Assembly (NCBI GenBank): GCA_043771825.1
Contig: JAYVGV010000037.1
Coordinates: forward strand, 14,130-78,129
Reading direction: 5' to 3'
Length of the DNA: 64,000 nt
DNA from: Candidatus Altimarinota bacterium
Lineage (GTDB): Bacteria; Patescibacteriota; Gracilibacteria; BD1-5; UBA2023
The notes under the pieces are model-generated. The model did not search any database. It was not told the origin of the DNA and saw nothing but the letters and a program-made list of their open reading frames with translations. Position 1 is the stretch's first letter, and each line of letters starts with the position of its first letter. The position numbers and the translations under genes were made by a program. This document shows positions 1-12,086 of this stretch, piece by piece.

Positions 1-284
1 TGGAGTATTGCCTCATCACGCATGTGAGTATACTCTTCTTCATCTCGAAAGAAGCTATCAGTGATACAGGGGATTCCTCTTTCGAAGAGAGCCGAGAAGA
101 ACCCTCTGAGGATATCCTTCACGGTGTCGATGTCTCTATCTCTATGGTATCCAGAGAGATTCCATTTGATACTATCAAATCCAATATGATAGTATCCAGG
201 GAGATATTTTTGGAGTTCTTTTCGAAGAGTCGACTTTCCAGAACAGGAGTGCCCAGTGATGATGATAATATGTGGATGATTCAT
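1..284 (-). CDS. P-loop NTPase/kinase-like protein, N-terminal part only (gene runs off the left edge)
   Basis: ATG at 284-282 on the reverse strand, 12 nt after the cysS stop. N-terminus MNHPHIIIITGHSCSGKSTLRKELQKYLPGYYHIGFD contains a Walker-A GxxxxGK[ST] loop. The frame stays open to position 1. Track ORF 24..464(+) is its antisense shadow. Confidence 0.6.
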   Translation of the reverse strand, partial: MNHPHIIIITGHSCSGKSTLRKELQKYLPGYYHIGFDSIKWNLSGYHRDRDIDTVKDILRGFFSALFERGIPCITDSFFRDEEEYTHMRDEAIL

Positions 285-296
285 ATGTATGAAAAG

Positions 297-1805
297 TTAT
301 ACTTTTTCTACTCGCCATTTGCCACCAGCTTCGTCGATCATCTTCCATCATTCACCCATCAGTTCATCACGTATCCTATCAGCCTCTCACCAATTCTTCG
401 CTATTTTTGCATCGAGTCGATCGAGGGCAAGTTTTGTGATTTCTTCTGGGATCACTTCTTTTGATTCGAGAAGATCAAAGTCGAATAGTGCTATCACTTC
501 ATTCCAGCTTCGCAGGAGATCTACGAGAGATTTCGCTTCCTCGACTGAGAATATCTCCTCATCGATCCCACTATTTATATAGCTCTGGAATTCGAATATG
601 ATGGTCATGGCAGAGTTCGTATCGAAGTCGTCTTCGAGACACTCGAGGAAATCCTGCATGAATGCTTGTTGATTATCTCGGAATTCACGAGAAATATCAT
701 GGAACTTCATCTTTCCACGAGCATTCCGTTCATCACTTGCTTCTGGAAGATTTTCTCTATATCGACCGAGACGTTTCATCATCTCATCGAGTCAAGTGAT
801 AGTATTGATAGCTCCACCGAGACGATCGTGCGTGAAATTGAAGCTTTCTACATATTTATTCTGAAGAGCCATGAGTCGAAATCATCGACAGACGAATTTT
901 TCATCTATTGGCTTTACTTTTTCGATGATATCTCGCAGTGTATAGAAGTTATTCGCACTTTTTGCCATTTTCTTATTATCCACGAGAAGATGTCCTCCAT
1001 GAAGCCAATATTTTGCGAATTGCTTTCCTGTGAAGGCTTCCGTCTGTGCTATCTCATTCTGATGATGAGGAAATATCAGATCGACTCACCCCATATGGAT
1101 ATCGATCTGATCCCCGAAAAAGTGACGATTACAAGCACTACATTCGATATGCCACCCTGGTCTTCATTCGATATTCTTCTTTTCACCATCGAGAGTGATA
1201 GCGATCGTCCACTTGTTCTCACCATCAGATTCTCTATCGTATGCCTTCCAGAGGGCGAAGTCAGCTACCCGCTCTTTATCATATTCATCATTATCGATCC
1301 TGACACTCGAGATCATCCCCTTGAAGTCGAGGTGCGCGAGATGCCCGTACTTTTTGAACTTCGCTACACTATAATATATAGATCAGTCTTCTGCGAGGTA
1401 GGCATATCACTTCTTCAAGAGTCCATCGATGATCTCGCCCATATCCTCTATGAGCTCAGAGATAGGCTTGATATTATCAGCAGGGATGATCCCGAGCTTA
1501 CGACAATCTTCGAGGAATGCTTCTGTATAGAATACGGTGAATTCTTTCAGGCTCTTTCCAGATTTCTGACTATCTCGTATCGTCTTATCATCGATATCTG
1601 TGATACACATAGTCGTCTTCGCCTTATATCCGAGGAATCGCATACTTCGAACGATGAAGTCATCCATGAGGTAGTTGCGGAGATTGCCGATATGTGCGTA
1701 GTTATAAGGCGTCGGTCCACAGTAGTAGATCTTCACTTCATCTTGTTTGAGTGGCTTGAATGGTTCAAGTGTACGAGAGAGAGTATTATAGACGTGGAGA
1801 CTCAT
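297..1805 (-). CDS. cysS: cysteine--tRNA ligase
   Basis: Track ORFs 1407..1823 and 387..782 are in one frame with no TAA/TAG between them, only in-frame TGAs. Motifs: [45 protein letters not shown]. The tail RDELMGE[TGA]WKMID aligns its TGA with the Gly of E. coli RDRLNEMGIVLED. ATG at 1805, TAA at 297-299, 502 codons. Confidence 0.93.
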
Positions 1806-1922
1806 AAAAAAGAAGTAAAGCAACTGACAAAAATAACCTTATGAATATACCCGAAACTCTTGAAAAATCCACTTTTCTAGAGGAATTGATATTTGACATT
1901 TCACTATTTTATAAAATAAGTA

Positions 1923-1951
1923 TTGACGAATGAAAATATATATGCTATAAT
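1923..1951 (+). promoter_or_regulatory. sigma70-like promoter for the 1976 gene
   Basis: TTGACG (1923-1928), 17-nt spacer, TATAAT (1946-1951), 25 nt upstream of ATG 1976, in an AT-rich divergent intergenic region. Confidence 0.5.
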
Positions 1952-1975
1952 TAATTTGCTCTTTTTGTAAAGCTT

Positions 1976-2455
1976 ATGAAACATCTCGTTCCAAGACAAA
2001 GTCAGAATGGAAAACAAGAATGGCTCAGTGCACTCTTCACTCTTTTGGTTCTCACTGGTATATATAGCTCTATGGATCACTTCTCTTCCTTTGCCAAGTC
2101 AGAATCTTCTGATACACCAAAGTCGAATTCCTGAGAAATATCTTCCGTAGCTCCACCATACTGGAATCACACTATGGGCTATGGGTTTCGATCTATCGCA
2201 TGAGATACATATACTTCTTCTGGAAATCAGAATATGGATATGGTACAAGTCCACCCTTCTGGGCTTACAAGTACAAGTCACAAAGGTGTACGAGTATCTT
2301 TTTATAAAGATACTCCTATAAACGAGATAGATCAATCCCTTATCCCAGGAAGTGCTCGTGCCTACTCACGACTTCCTCATGGAATAGCAGTGATACAGTG
2401 AGATCTCGACTCAGCGAGCGCAAAGACGATATTCTCTACCCTTCATTCCGACTAA
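1976..2455 (+). CDS. hypothetical secreted/membrane-anchored protein (159 aa)
   Basis: ATG 1976 to TAA 2453-2455 with three in-frame TGAs. Hydrophobic N-terminal segment WLSALFTLLVLTGIY. Preceded by a promoter and followed by a hairpin terminator. No family recognised. Confidence 0.55.
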
Positions 2456-2475
2456 GTCGACTTCATCTCGTGTTT

Positions 2476-2510
2476 CCTCTCCGATTATTGGTATATCGGG
2501 GAGGTTTTTT
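2476..2510 (+). terminator. rho-independent terminator
   Basis: Stem CCTCTCCGAT (2476-2485) pairs with ATCGGGGAGG (2495-2504), followed by TTTTTT (2505-2510). Confidence 0.6.
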
Positions 2511-2532
2511 GGTGAAAAATGAGTGAACTCCC

Positions 2533-2560
2533 TTGAAAAAAATAGATATTTTTCTATACT
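2533..2560 (+). promoter_or_regulatory. putative promoter of ssrA
   Basis: TTGAAA (2533-2538), 16-nt spacer, TATACT (2555-2560), about 30 nt upstream of the tmRNA 5' end. Confidence 0.45.
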
Positions 2561-2590
2561 TTAGATGCTTTTGTTTCTAAATATCTTAAT

Positions 2591-3027
2591 GGGGATGATA
2601 TAGGATTCGATAAGGAGACTCGTATGGTCTACCCGCGCTCTCTCGGGGCAGTCAGCCTCGTTATCAAATGACACACAACAGATGCAAAAACATCACCACT
2701 CGCTCGTCTTGCTGCTTCTTTCAAGAACGCAACACCCGCATTTGCTTTCGCTGCCTAACCGCTCGAAAGCGTAGCCTTGTCCTAGACATGAGTGCCGTAT
2801 GGCCTGCTACAACCTTCTTTTCTCGAAGCTTATAGAGGAGAGTCGTACTATAAGCCTCACTCTCTCAGACCCTTGTCTCTCGTAGGAGATGTGAGTATAC
2901 CAGAGACACTTCTCTCCATTTCTGTCGATCTTCTTGCAGGAGCGATAGTATCCAAGATCCACTATAGAGGGTAAACGCAAAGATAGTACCTCCTTACACG
3001 CGGGGGCGGTGCCCGCCATCTCCACCA
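2591..3027 (+). ncRNA. ssrA: tmRNA (transfer-messenger RNA)
   Basis: 5' GGGGATGATATAGGATTCGA. The 3' end CGCGGGGGCGGTGCCCGCCATCTCCACCA gives a tRNA-like acceptor (GGGGATG/CATCTCC with one G-U pair) and a T-arm. An internal tag frame ends ...PAFAFAA-TAA (TAA at 2756-2758). Track ORFs 2792..2974 and 2807..3160 overlap it and are spurious. Confidence 0.85.
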
Positions 3028-3173
3028 TACTTGATACAAAAGCCAAAATACTCTTCAGAAATTGAGAGTATTTTTTGTATTTTCTCATGTGAGCTATAAT
3101 TTTCAAAGCAAATTTGTCTTCTCTCCCTTTTTTCATACAATAATTTCGTTTTACGAGCATATTTTTTATTATT

Positions 3174-3773
3174 ATGGCTTTTGCTATCGATCGTGTCGAG
3201 GCAGCACGTCGCCTCTCAGTATCTACTCGTACCGTAGATCGTCATATATCTGCTGGTCGTATCCGTACGAAGCGTATCGGGAAGAAGATGTTCCTTCATG
3301 AGGATGATGTCGAGCTTATCCGTACCACTGATCCTGATAGGACGGATGAAGAGTATATCATCATCGATGATTCATCGAAGGAAGAGCATGAGATCATATC
3401 TCCTCGTGAGAAAATCCGAGAGATATCAACAGTACTCTATACTGAGTGACCGAACTATATCGCTCTTTATGAGACAGCACAGAAGACTATAGGCAAGAAA
3501 GATGAGATCATCCAGGATCTCGCCTATAGACTCGGAAAGACTGAGATGGAGCTTCGGAACTCCATCCCTCTGAGCGAGTACAAAAAAACGACATTCCTTC
3601 TCGAAAGTGCCAAAGCTAAGACCGACTCTGATGCGATCGTCCTCTCTGAGAAGATCGATACTCTCGAGAAAGATATCATGAAGAAAAACTCTGCCATCCT
3701 CGGTCTTGCTATCCTTTTCGTTCTCGTTCTTGCTTTTTCTGTAGTATTCTTCCTCTATACGCAATTCGTCTAA
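3174..3773 (+). CDS. excisionase/MerR-type HTH protein with C-terminal transmembrane anchor
   Basis: Track ORFs 3174..3449 and 3546..3773 share a frame and are joined by one TGA (3447-3449), with no TAA/TAG between. N-terminus RVEAARRLSVSTRTVDRHISAGRIRTKRIGKKMFLHEDDV is HTH-like. C-terminus ILGLAILFVLVLAFSVVFFLY is a TM helix. Confidence 0.7.
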
Positions 3774-3776
3774 ATT

Positions 3777-4505
3777 ATGAAAAAATATCACACACCGAAG
3801 CGTATCCTCCTGAAGCTTTCCTGAGAAGCACTCGAATGAGAGCAATGATATGGTATCGATCCGAAGTTCCTCTCATTTCTCGCCAAAAAAATAGTACACC
3901 TCGTCAAAGTACAAAAACTCGAAATAGTGATCGTCGTATGAGGAGGTAATATTTTTCGAGGTATAGAACTCGAACAAGGTGGATTCGATCGTGTGACAGG
4001 AGACTATATGGGGATGATGGGTACTATCATCAATTGACTTGCTGTCGGAGAAGCGATAGAAGATGAGTGAGTCGATGTGCGTGTGACGAGTGCTATACCG
4101 ACCCAACGAGTCGCAGAAGACTTCATCCGGCGTAGAGCTCTCAGGCATATAGAGAAGGGAAGAGTCGTGATATGTGTGGGAGGGACGGGAAATCCCTATT
4201 TTTCTACGGATTCCTGTGCCGTACTTAGAGCACTAGAACTCGACTGCGATGTCGTCGTGAAAGCTACGAAAGTCGATGGTATCTACGATAAAGATCCGAA
4301 GAAACATGCTGATGCCGTACGACATGACTCTCTCCACCTTCATGAGGTCATCCAGAAAGATATCCGTGTCATGGATCAGGCTGCTATAGCTCTTGCTCAT
4401 GACGAAAATATGCCTATCTACGTCTGTAAGATCGAAGATATCGATCAGATATGTGGAGAAGATATTATCGGGACATTCGTCCATACAAATACAAAAAGAG
4501 GGTAA
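3777..4505 (+). CDS. pyrH: UMP kinase
   Basis: ATG 3777, same frame as track ORF 4077..4505. Six in-frame TGAs, each at a conserved Gly: LKLSGEALEGEQGYGID, VVGGGNIFRG (TGA 3939-3941), MGTIINGLAV. Other motifs: [28 protein letters not shown]. Confidence 0.95.
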
Positions 4506-4515
4506 ATAGAAAAAA

Positions 4516-4539
4516 ATCGCCGTACACGGCGATTTTTTG
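4516..4539. terminator. bidirectional hairpin terminator between convergent genes
   Basis: ATCGCCG-TACA-CGGCGAT stem-loop flanked by an A-run (4511-4515) and a T-run (4534-4538). Lies between the pyrH stop (4505) and the reverse-strand stop at 4550. Confidence 0.6.
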
Positions 4540-4549
4540 AATGAGAGCT

Positions 4550-6856
4550 TTAGAGAGTTGATTTTACTTCGTATATTTTCTTCCTCGATTGCTCTGTCCC
4601 ATCGTTGTAGATGATCGTGAGTTCTATTGTATATATTCCAGCTTTATCATAAATATGAGATATACTATATCCACGTGATACAGGGCTGTTGTCACCGAAA
4701 TTCCATATATATTCTTCTACCTGTCCCGTCGTTCCATTAGCTTCGAAGTCTATAGGATTTCCGACTACTCATACCTGCATACTCGGGAAGAAGTCTATCA
4801 TTTTTACTTGATCTTTAAGGACTATAGTTTTTTTGAGTGATGTCTTCTCTCCATTTTCCGCTACGATCGTGAGAGTTATAGTCTTCTCTCCAGAAGTATT
4901 ATATGTATATTGTTGTATTGCATCTCACTCTGCTGGAGTGCGTTTTTCCCCGAAATCAAAAATAAACTTCTTGATCTCACCTTCTTCTGACTCTGAGAGC
5001 GAAGCATCTATCGTCGCAAGAGTCGGTACATAGTCAGATGTCGTCTTGATCGTCATGCGAGGCATGAGGCTTCGTCTTTCTATATCGACGATGACAGTTT
5101 CTTTGAGTGTTTCTTCCATATCTTTTTCGCCTGGTACACTTTTTTTAAATGTATAGACAGCTTCTATAGTATAACGAAGAGGCTGATTGAATTCGATAGA
5201 GATTTTTTCTCCACGGCGCTCCTCTATAGTTTTACCGTTCGATATTTTCCAGAGGACATCTTTGAGTGAATATACTGGGTTTCCAGAGACGATATCTCGT
5301 GCATCAAACGTCAGACTTTCTGGAGGGATGATCGCATTTTTGAGGATATATGCCTTGAGACTATTGTCATAAGTCGAGTCATCATTCATGAGGTTTCATG
5401 CATCATTGAGCACCTTGATAGATTTGACGATCGTAAGAGGCTCATTTGATACTACATCCGTCTCAAATGTATACCTCTCTCCATTTGCCATCTCTACAGT
5501 TGCCTTCAGATTTTTGCGTCCATAGCTTGTGAAGCTATATTTACAGGTATCGGAGTTGCCTCTGCAGATGATATTCTGGTTATCCAGAAGCCATTCGATA
5601 TTTACTATTCCATTTTGATTGAGAGTGACTCAGGAAAGTGAAAAGCGAAAATTTTTCTTATCGTTGGTATCCTGTATGGCAAGGATAGATCATTCTACTG
5701 ATTTACTATCTTTGACTTCAAGAAGGAAAAGTCGGTCACAGCCTGCTCCATCAAATATTTTGAGACAGAGTCACTGAGGTATTGGTGTCACGATCTCTGT
5801 GATAGAGGTATCGTTGACTTCTTTTTTCGTAGATTCGAATATCCATTTTGGAGTTCAGAGTTTTTTGAGTCCTGTAGCATCGAGGGTGATTATTTTTTGT
5901 CCACGACTATTTTCTTGATTTTTTATATTGATCAGTCATCGTACTTCGATATTCGGAAGTACCATAGGTATATTTTCTGCTGTTCCATCACGTGAACGCA
6001 CCGTATAGGATCATACTATATTATAGGCTTTGATCTTAGAGAATCGACATATCGTACTTTGCTCTGTCGCAGGATTTTCTCAGCGTATCACATCGGTACC
6101 ATTGCTACATTCTGCTTCATCGAAATTCATCGTAAATCCTTCTATAGTATAGAGGTTATTTTTTGTGAGGAGCTCAGCATTTCTACGTATATCGAAAAAT
6201 ACATCGATCGGTCCGATGATATTCGCAGTATCGTAGATACGAGAAGCTTCATTGAACTTTTTGCTTACATAGAGATCATGGTCATATATAAGGATAGTAC
6301 CATCAGGATTACTATAGTCAGTTGCTCCTACTTTCGTAAAAAGAAATGCCCAAAATGCAAGTATAGAGAAAAGCATGATACCTACTATAGTAGCTGTAAG
6401 CCAAGAGAGGAGTTTTTTCCTTTTGAGTTCTTTTGGCACCCAAAATGCACGAAAGAGACTCACAATCCATATGATGGAGGTGATCATCATGACGAATCAA
6501 AAGCTTCCATTTATGAGTTTTCGTAGGAGGTTTTGTACGTCGTTGGGATCTATGCCGATTGTCCTCGTGAAGAATACTGCTTGATCAGGATTGAAGGCGA
6601 TATAGGCAAGAAAACTCCCAAAGAATATGATCGATATAAATAAGAGTGATCCGATAAGACGTAAAAATAGTCCTATAGAAATAGGCTCTCTCGGGCTTCG
6701 AGGAAGTCGCTCATTCAAGGTTGTTTCTTGAGTATTTGGTGCTCAGTGGGTAGTTCCAGATGTCTTTTTTTGAGAGGCTTTCAGGATATCAGAAAGGAGT
6801 GAGTTCTGTTCTTCTTTTTTCTCTCCCGATCCAGGAGGCGTAGAGGTATCACTCAT
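4550..6856 (-). CDS. membrane-anchored PKD-domain surface protein (768 aa)
   Basis: Track ORFs 6497..6718, 6080..6490 and 4925..5389 share one frame. I found no in-frame TAA/TAG from ATG 6856 to TAA 4550-4552, only many TGAs. Two or three N-terminal TM helices. PKD-like signatures KKFIFDFGEKRTP and YIWNFGDNSPVSRGYSISHIYDKAGIYTIELTI. Confidence 0.75.
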
Positions 6857-6951
6857 AGAAAAATAAAAAATGAATATATACTGAGTATATAACAAATACA
6901 TCTTTCAGTCAAACAAAAAATCCCTCTGTGTGTGAGGAATTTTTTGTTGTT

Positions 6952-9900
6952 TTATTTTAGCCAATCTGGTATATCATGACTATTTCCTGAAGGAGTCGAG
7001 TGAGTCTGTTTTTTCGTCTCAGACTTCGGTGATACTTTTATAAGAGGAGTCTTCTCAGCTTTACGATTCTGTTTGGCTACGGGTTTCACTTTCGATTTCC
7101 GTTCGTGTGGTTTCTCTTCTTTTTCTTTTCAGTCGGGAGATTCTGTGGTATCTATGGAGTTTCTGAGCCAGTCTGGAAGCTCAGCATCGGGAGATGGAGG
7201 AGGAAGTATCGGTGCAGTCGTATCAAGAGCATCTTCATCGGGATAAGTTTCAGGTGATTCTGATCCTACCGAACTATTTGGCTTGAGCCAGTCAGGTATG
7301 AGGTCTTCTTCTCCAGAAGATGGAGGTATGATTATAGGGTTCTCTTCTGCACTTTCAGAAACTATATTCTCTGCTAAAGCCTCCTCACCTCGCACTAGAG
7401 TGGCTTTATCCATGGTAAATGGATCTTCAATAAGTAGAGATTCTCACTGTGAAGGTATAAGGGGATCATTACTTGGAGTAGGGAGCTCTACTTCACTCGT
7501 ATCTGGGTATATATCTGCTGTGGTCTGAGTTGGGATGATGATATCAGTAGGGGGGGGCTCTCATGGTGTCGCGTTTGTGTCTTCTACCTGACTTAAAGGA
7601 TCATCTTTGGATCAGGATTTTATGATAATACTATCACTATCATCTTGACTCCATTTTGGTGTATCTTTTTGTATTGGCTTGAGCCAATCAGGGATAGTAT
7701 GGGATGTATCGGGAGTAGTATCAGAAGACACTTCTACCATAGGTGCTTCTGGTAGAGAAGACGGAGAGCTTGGTTTTTCCGCAGAAGATTCATTATATAC
7801 TCCGATAGAATCGAGGGGGTCACTATTGACGACTGTTTTCTCTTGTATAGGCATGACGATACTCGGATTTACGAGAGGACTATTCATAGGAGCTCCTCTT
7901 GTGCCTGATGGTATCCCAGTTGATGATTTTATATTTGTATTGGTATGAGCGACGGAATCTATGAGAAAGTCTTGGAATCCCATATCTCCTTTTTTTCTTG
8001 TGAATCGGTAGACGATAAATCCGATAAGGAAGAGTGCTAGTATTACGCCAATCACTATGATAAATATATTTACTGTACCACTGATAAATCCGAGAATGCT
8101 TCCACTGGTTTCTTTCTCTTTTACTATCGCAGAGAGATCTCCCTCAGGGATATTTTCCTGTCCACCATTCACGATCGTAAGAAGTTGACTTTTTATGATA
8201 AGCTTATTTTCAGTAGATATAGTAGTGTCTCCTTGTATTTTTTCGAGGATTTCCTTTCCGAATACTTTATTCTCAGCGAGTTTTCCAGGGTGTGCCTTTA
8301 TTTGTTCGACCCGTTCCATGATATAGGTACGATTCGCACTATCTGAGGGTATGAGTCATTCTATGACTCTACTTGCTACACTGATTTCGTTTGTAGCTTG
8401 AGCATCTCCTACAAGGATAAGGTCGATGATACCAGAAAGCTCAGTTTTTGTTGTATCCTCAAAATTCGTATTAGCGATTACTTCTTTTTGTATCGTGAGG
8501 AGTCCTTCTGTACGATCATGAATATCAGCCCAGTTTTCTATGAGACTATTATAGTATTGAGTAAAAATAATCCTATCTTCTGGTAAGAAACCACGTATTT
8601 TTGCTTGTAGTTTTTCTAGATTCTCTTTATCAGTCTTACTGAATGCTTCACTTCAAGTTCCGCTAATATTAGAAGGTGTGTCATCGCTTACTTCAGGAAT
8701 ATAGTCAAATATTACTTGTATATTTTTTGTTTTTAGTATCTTCCCATCATCACCTTTTATAGTGATTTTCATTTCTTTCTTATGTACTTTGCTTTCAGAT
8801 ATTCTCTCTATAGAGAAGATTCCTCCATCCTTTAAAGAAGGACTATCTTTATTATCTATATCATTGTCTTCGATAGCATCGAGATCACTATCGATTTTTG
8901 TGTCCGTATCGATTGCATAGGTACTACCACCATTTCCATGCATACTGATGAGAAGCTTATCTCCTGGACTCAGGATTTTTATCGTATCTCCTTCGATTGC
9001 TGGATATGACTGTATATTGATACTATCCGGTGAGCGAGCTACCTCTTCGATCATAGCTGGTGTGATCTCGATAGTAGATACCTCATTTGCTCATGATTTT
9101 ATCGTGAGGGTTCAGAGATATCCACTAGAAGAGAGTATAGCATTCGGAACACTCGTGCCATAGAGTGATGATGACTCGATCGATCAGAGACTCCATTTCG
9201 CAGTATCATAGGTTCACTTACTGGTATTTATGAAATAGGTCATATCACCGATGCGATATCCTATAGCATTTGCTTTAAGCTCATTTTTTATATAAATTAC
9301 TTGATATTTCGTATTTGAGACACCATTGTTCACTACTTTTACCTTCATATTATACTTTCCAGACTGCTTATATACATGACTTGCTCGTGGTTCTGTCATT
9401 TTTTGGTCGATGCGACTATCTCCATCGAAATCCCAGTAGTATTCACTTTTATCGGTGACATCTATATTGAGTATTGTTTTTGCTGCTGCAGAGAATTCTA
9501 CGGTTTCATCAGCTAGGAAGAATCCTCGATCTTTGTTGAGATTTACTATACTCAGGCTTATAAGGGGCATATTGATATTTTGGTCGTCGTTGGCGACGAG
9601 GAGGGGGAGTTGTTCGCTCTGGAGCTGACTTGAATCATATCGAGCACCATCATTATCTTCCACGATCACTCAAAAATAGTATTTCTCTGTGACATTAGGA
9701 AGTACAAAATTTGTAGTAGGGGATTGAGTGATACGTACGTTTTGTTTTTCAGCATCGTTCTCAGTGGTATAAAACCAGATATAAGATCGGATGACTCCAT
9801 CATCATCACGAGCGCCATTTGCGATGACATTCGCGATGATTTTTTGTGTATCTTTTTTGGTTGGATCGATAGTCGCAGTGACGGAAGTCACCTTTGGTTC

Positions 9901-12060
9901 TATATTTTTTATTTCGATATATCGAGTACTTGTATGAGAAGCTCACGTCCTATCACTACGCACAGTCAGCTCTATAGGGAAGCAGCCAAGCTCTGTAAAT
10001 TTCTCTGATGTAGAAGGTCAAGACTTGACTCGGTCCATATACCTCCATGTATAAGAGAGCCCAGATGAGTTACCATCTATATTGATTGAGTTGCCCCCAT
10101 CGATGGTAGTGCTGTCAGCACGATTGATGACGAAGGCCCCATCAGGATTCTCACATGCGCTCCCATCTTCAAATACACTCCCATTACTGCTTTTTACATC
10201 GATGAGTGCAAAAGGACGATCAGTATCAGTGATATAAATCTTTCGAGAGATACTATTTTCCTCACTTCCATCACCATTCTTCACATTTAAAGTAGCAGTA
10301 TATATGCCAGTTCTCTTATAAATATTTTGTATAAAGTCAGTAGTTCCATTGATCGTAGGACTTCAATCACCGACATTCCATTCGTAAAAACGAGCCTGTG
10401 GAGATCGCGCCTGAAAATTAATCATAGTTCCTATAGGGGCAGCACGAGGGGTAATGTTGACTCATACAGTTAGAGTGGAAGTGACATCGAAGTTTTTTTC
10501 TACGTTCGATACTTTTCCGAAAGCATTTGTGATCGTGAGCGAGACCGTATGAGCTCATTTTTCTGAGAAACTATATGTTCAGATCGCTCCTTCTTTTGTG
10601 ATGTCATTGAGTTCTATTTTTTCTCAGTCTATGAGCCACTCATAGGAGAGTCATTTTGCATTATTATTATCAGGATCGTAGCTTCGAGAAGCATCAAAAA
10701 GCATAGTATTCGGCTTTTCACTATTCAGGGAATGAGGAGTATCAAGATTGATGATCGGAGGACGAGATTCGATACTGATGACACGACTATCTGTATCTAC
10801 ATTTCCATTGGGACTTCGAGTCGTCAAGCTTACTATATATTGTCATACTTTTGTGAATTTATAGCTAAAGGTACTTCATTTTTTCGATGTTATTGCCTTT
10901 TTTCAAGATTCTATATCTTGTATTTCCCAGTTGTACTCTATATTCGTCATATTTGCTAAATATGATTTCGCACTCATAGGTATTTCTTCTCCGATAAATG
11001 CTGTTTCTTTCTCGAGTGATATCACTGCAGCAGGATCTCGTATGAGCAGCTGCATCTGCTTTCTGAAGGTATTCCCTTGGTTTGTAGTTATCTCAAGGCT
11101 TACTTTATAGCTCTCAGGATTGACGTAGAGTTGTTTTTCGAGTATAGGAGCTCCATCATATTCCATGATGTTTCCATTTCAGAAATCCCACTTCGTTTTC
11201 ACTATAGTTCCATTGCTCACTGCTCGTGAAGCGCTCGCATCAAAAAGGAGCCCGATCTTTCCAAGACTGGGACTGACCTTCAGCGTATCAAGGTTACTGA
11301 CATTCACTCAGTTTATGAGCAGAGTGATATTACCGAGGCGAGGCTTGACCTCTATATCTTTCGAGATTGATACAGGAGTGACATCAGGCTTTCATTTTTT
11401 ATTGAGACTTTGGGATACAACATCGAGGAATACTTGGTAATTTCACTCTTTAGCAAAGGTATAAGTAAAACTTGGACTTCTTCAGAGTTCACGACGTGCA
11501 CCTCATGCTTCTTTCATCCACCAAGTATAGTTATTATCTGGAATGTTGATTCCAGAAGGATCTTTCGCGCTTGCGAGGAAAGAAGTAGTAAGTGGAGCAT
11601 TACCACTTGTAGGATTTGCCTCTATAGAGGCGATGATCTCAGTGATGACTGCTTGTCCTATAAATGCAGAAACTTGAGTTACAGCATTTTGTACATGAGT
11701 CGAACTTGATTTATTTTTGGCAGCAAGATCGAGGTAGAGGTCAGCAGCCTTTTTGAGTCATTCATTCTTTGCACCATTATCACCTGAGTCAGGAAGACGT
11801 AAATAGGCTTCTTGTATGAGACTTCGGACATTTGAGATAGTAGAATCAGTGATAGTATTATTCACTCGGAATTCTCGTTCTATATCTTGGAGCGTTGATG
11901 AGATCTTCTGCTTATAATATACAAAGCTATTGGCATCATTCTCTATAGATGCTGCTATAGTTTGATTTATTATGCCTGATATATTTATACCAAATATCAT
12001 CACAAGAAAACTTATGAGTGTAATAATGGTCTTTATATATGTATAGGAGAAAGATTTCAT
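6952..12060 (-). CDS. giant PKD-repeat membrane protein (1702 aa) with PDWLK-repeat tail
   Basis: Ten track ORFs (11758..12060 down to 7129..7413) all lie in one frame. Line-by-line reading shows only TGA between them. First TAA at 6952-6954. N-terminal signal anchor, several PKD motifs (KWDF[TGA]NGN, SYEWLID, YYWDFDGDSRID), a TM helix near 7990-8080, then a low-complexity tail with four [IL]PDWL[KR] motifs, ending ...DIPDWLK. Confidence 0.8.
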
Positions 12061-12086
12061 AGAGGGGTTTCAAGATGAATTGAATT

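Noticed and set aside
666-1844. 392-aa track ORF on the plus strand.
   Set aside because: It is antisense to cysS, has a hydrophobic nonsense composition and shows no motifs. The reverse frame encodes a complete CysRS.
6918-6940. Possible terminator hairpin after the 1702-aa PKD gene (CCTC-TGTGTGT-GAGG with flanking A/T runs).
   Set aside because: The stem is only 4-5 bp with a mismatch, which is too weak to call. The next gene starts 95 nt downstream and may be co-transcribed.
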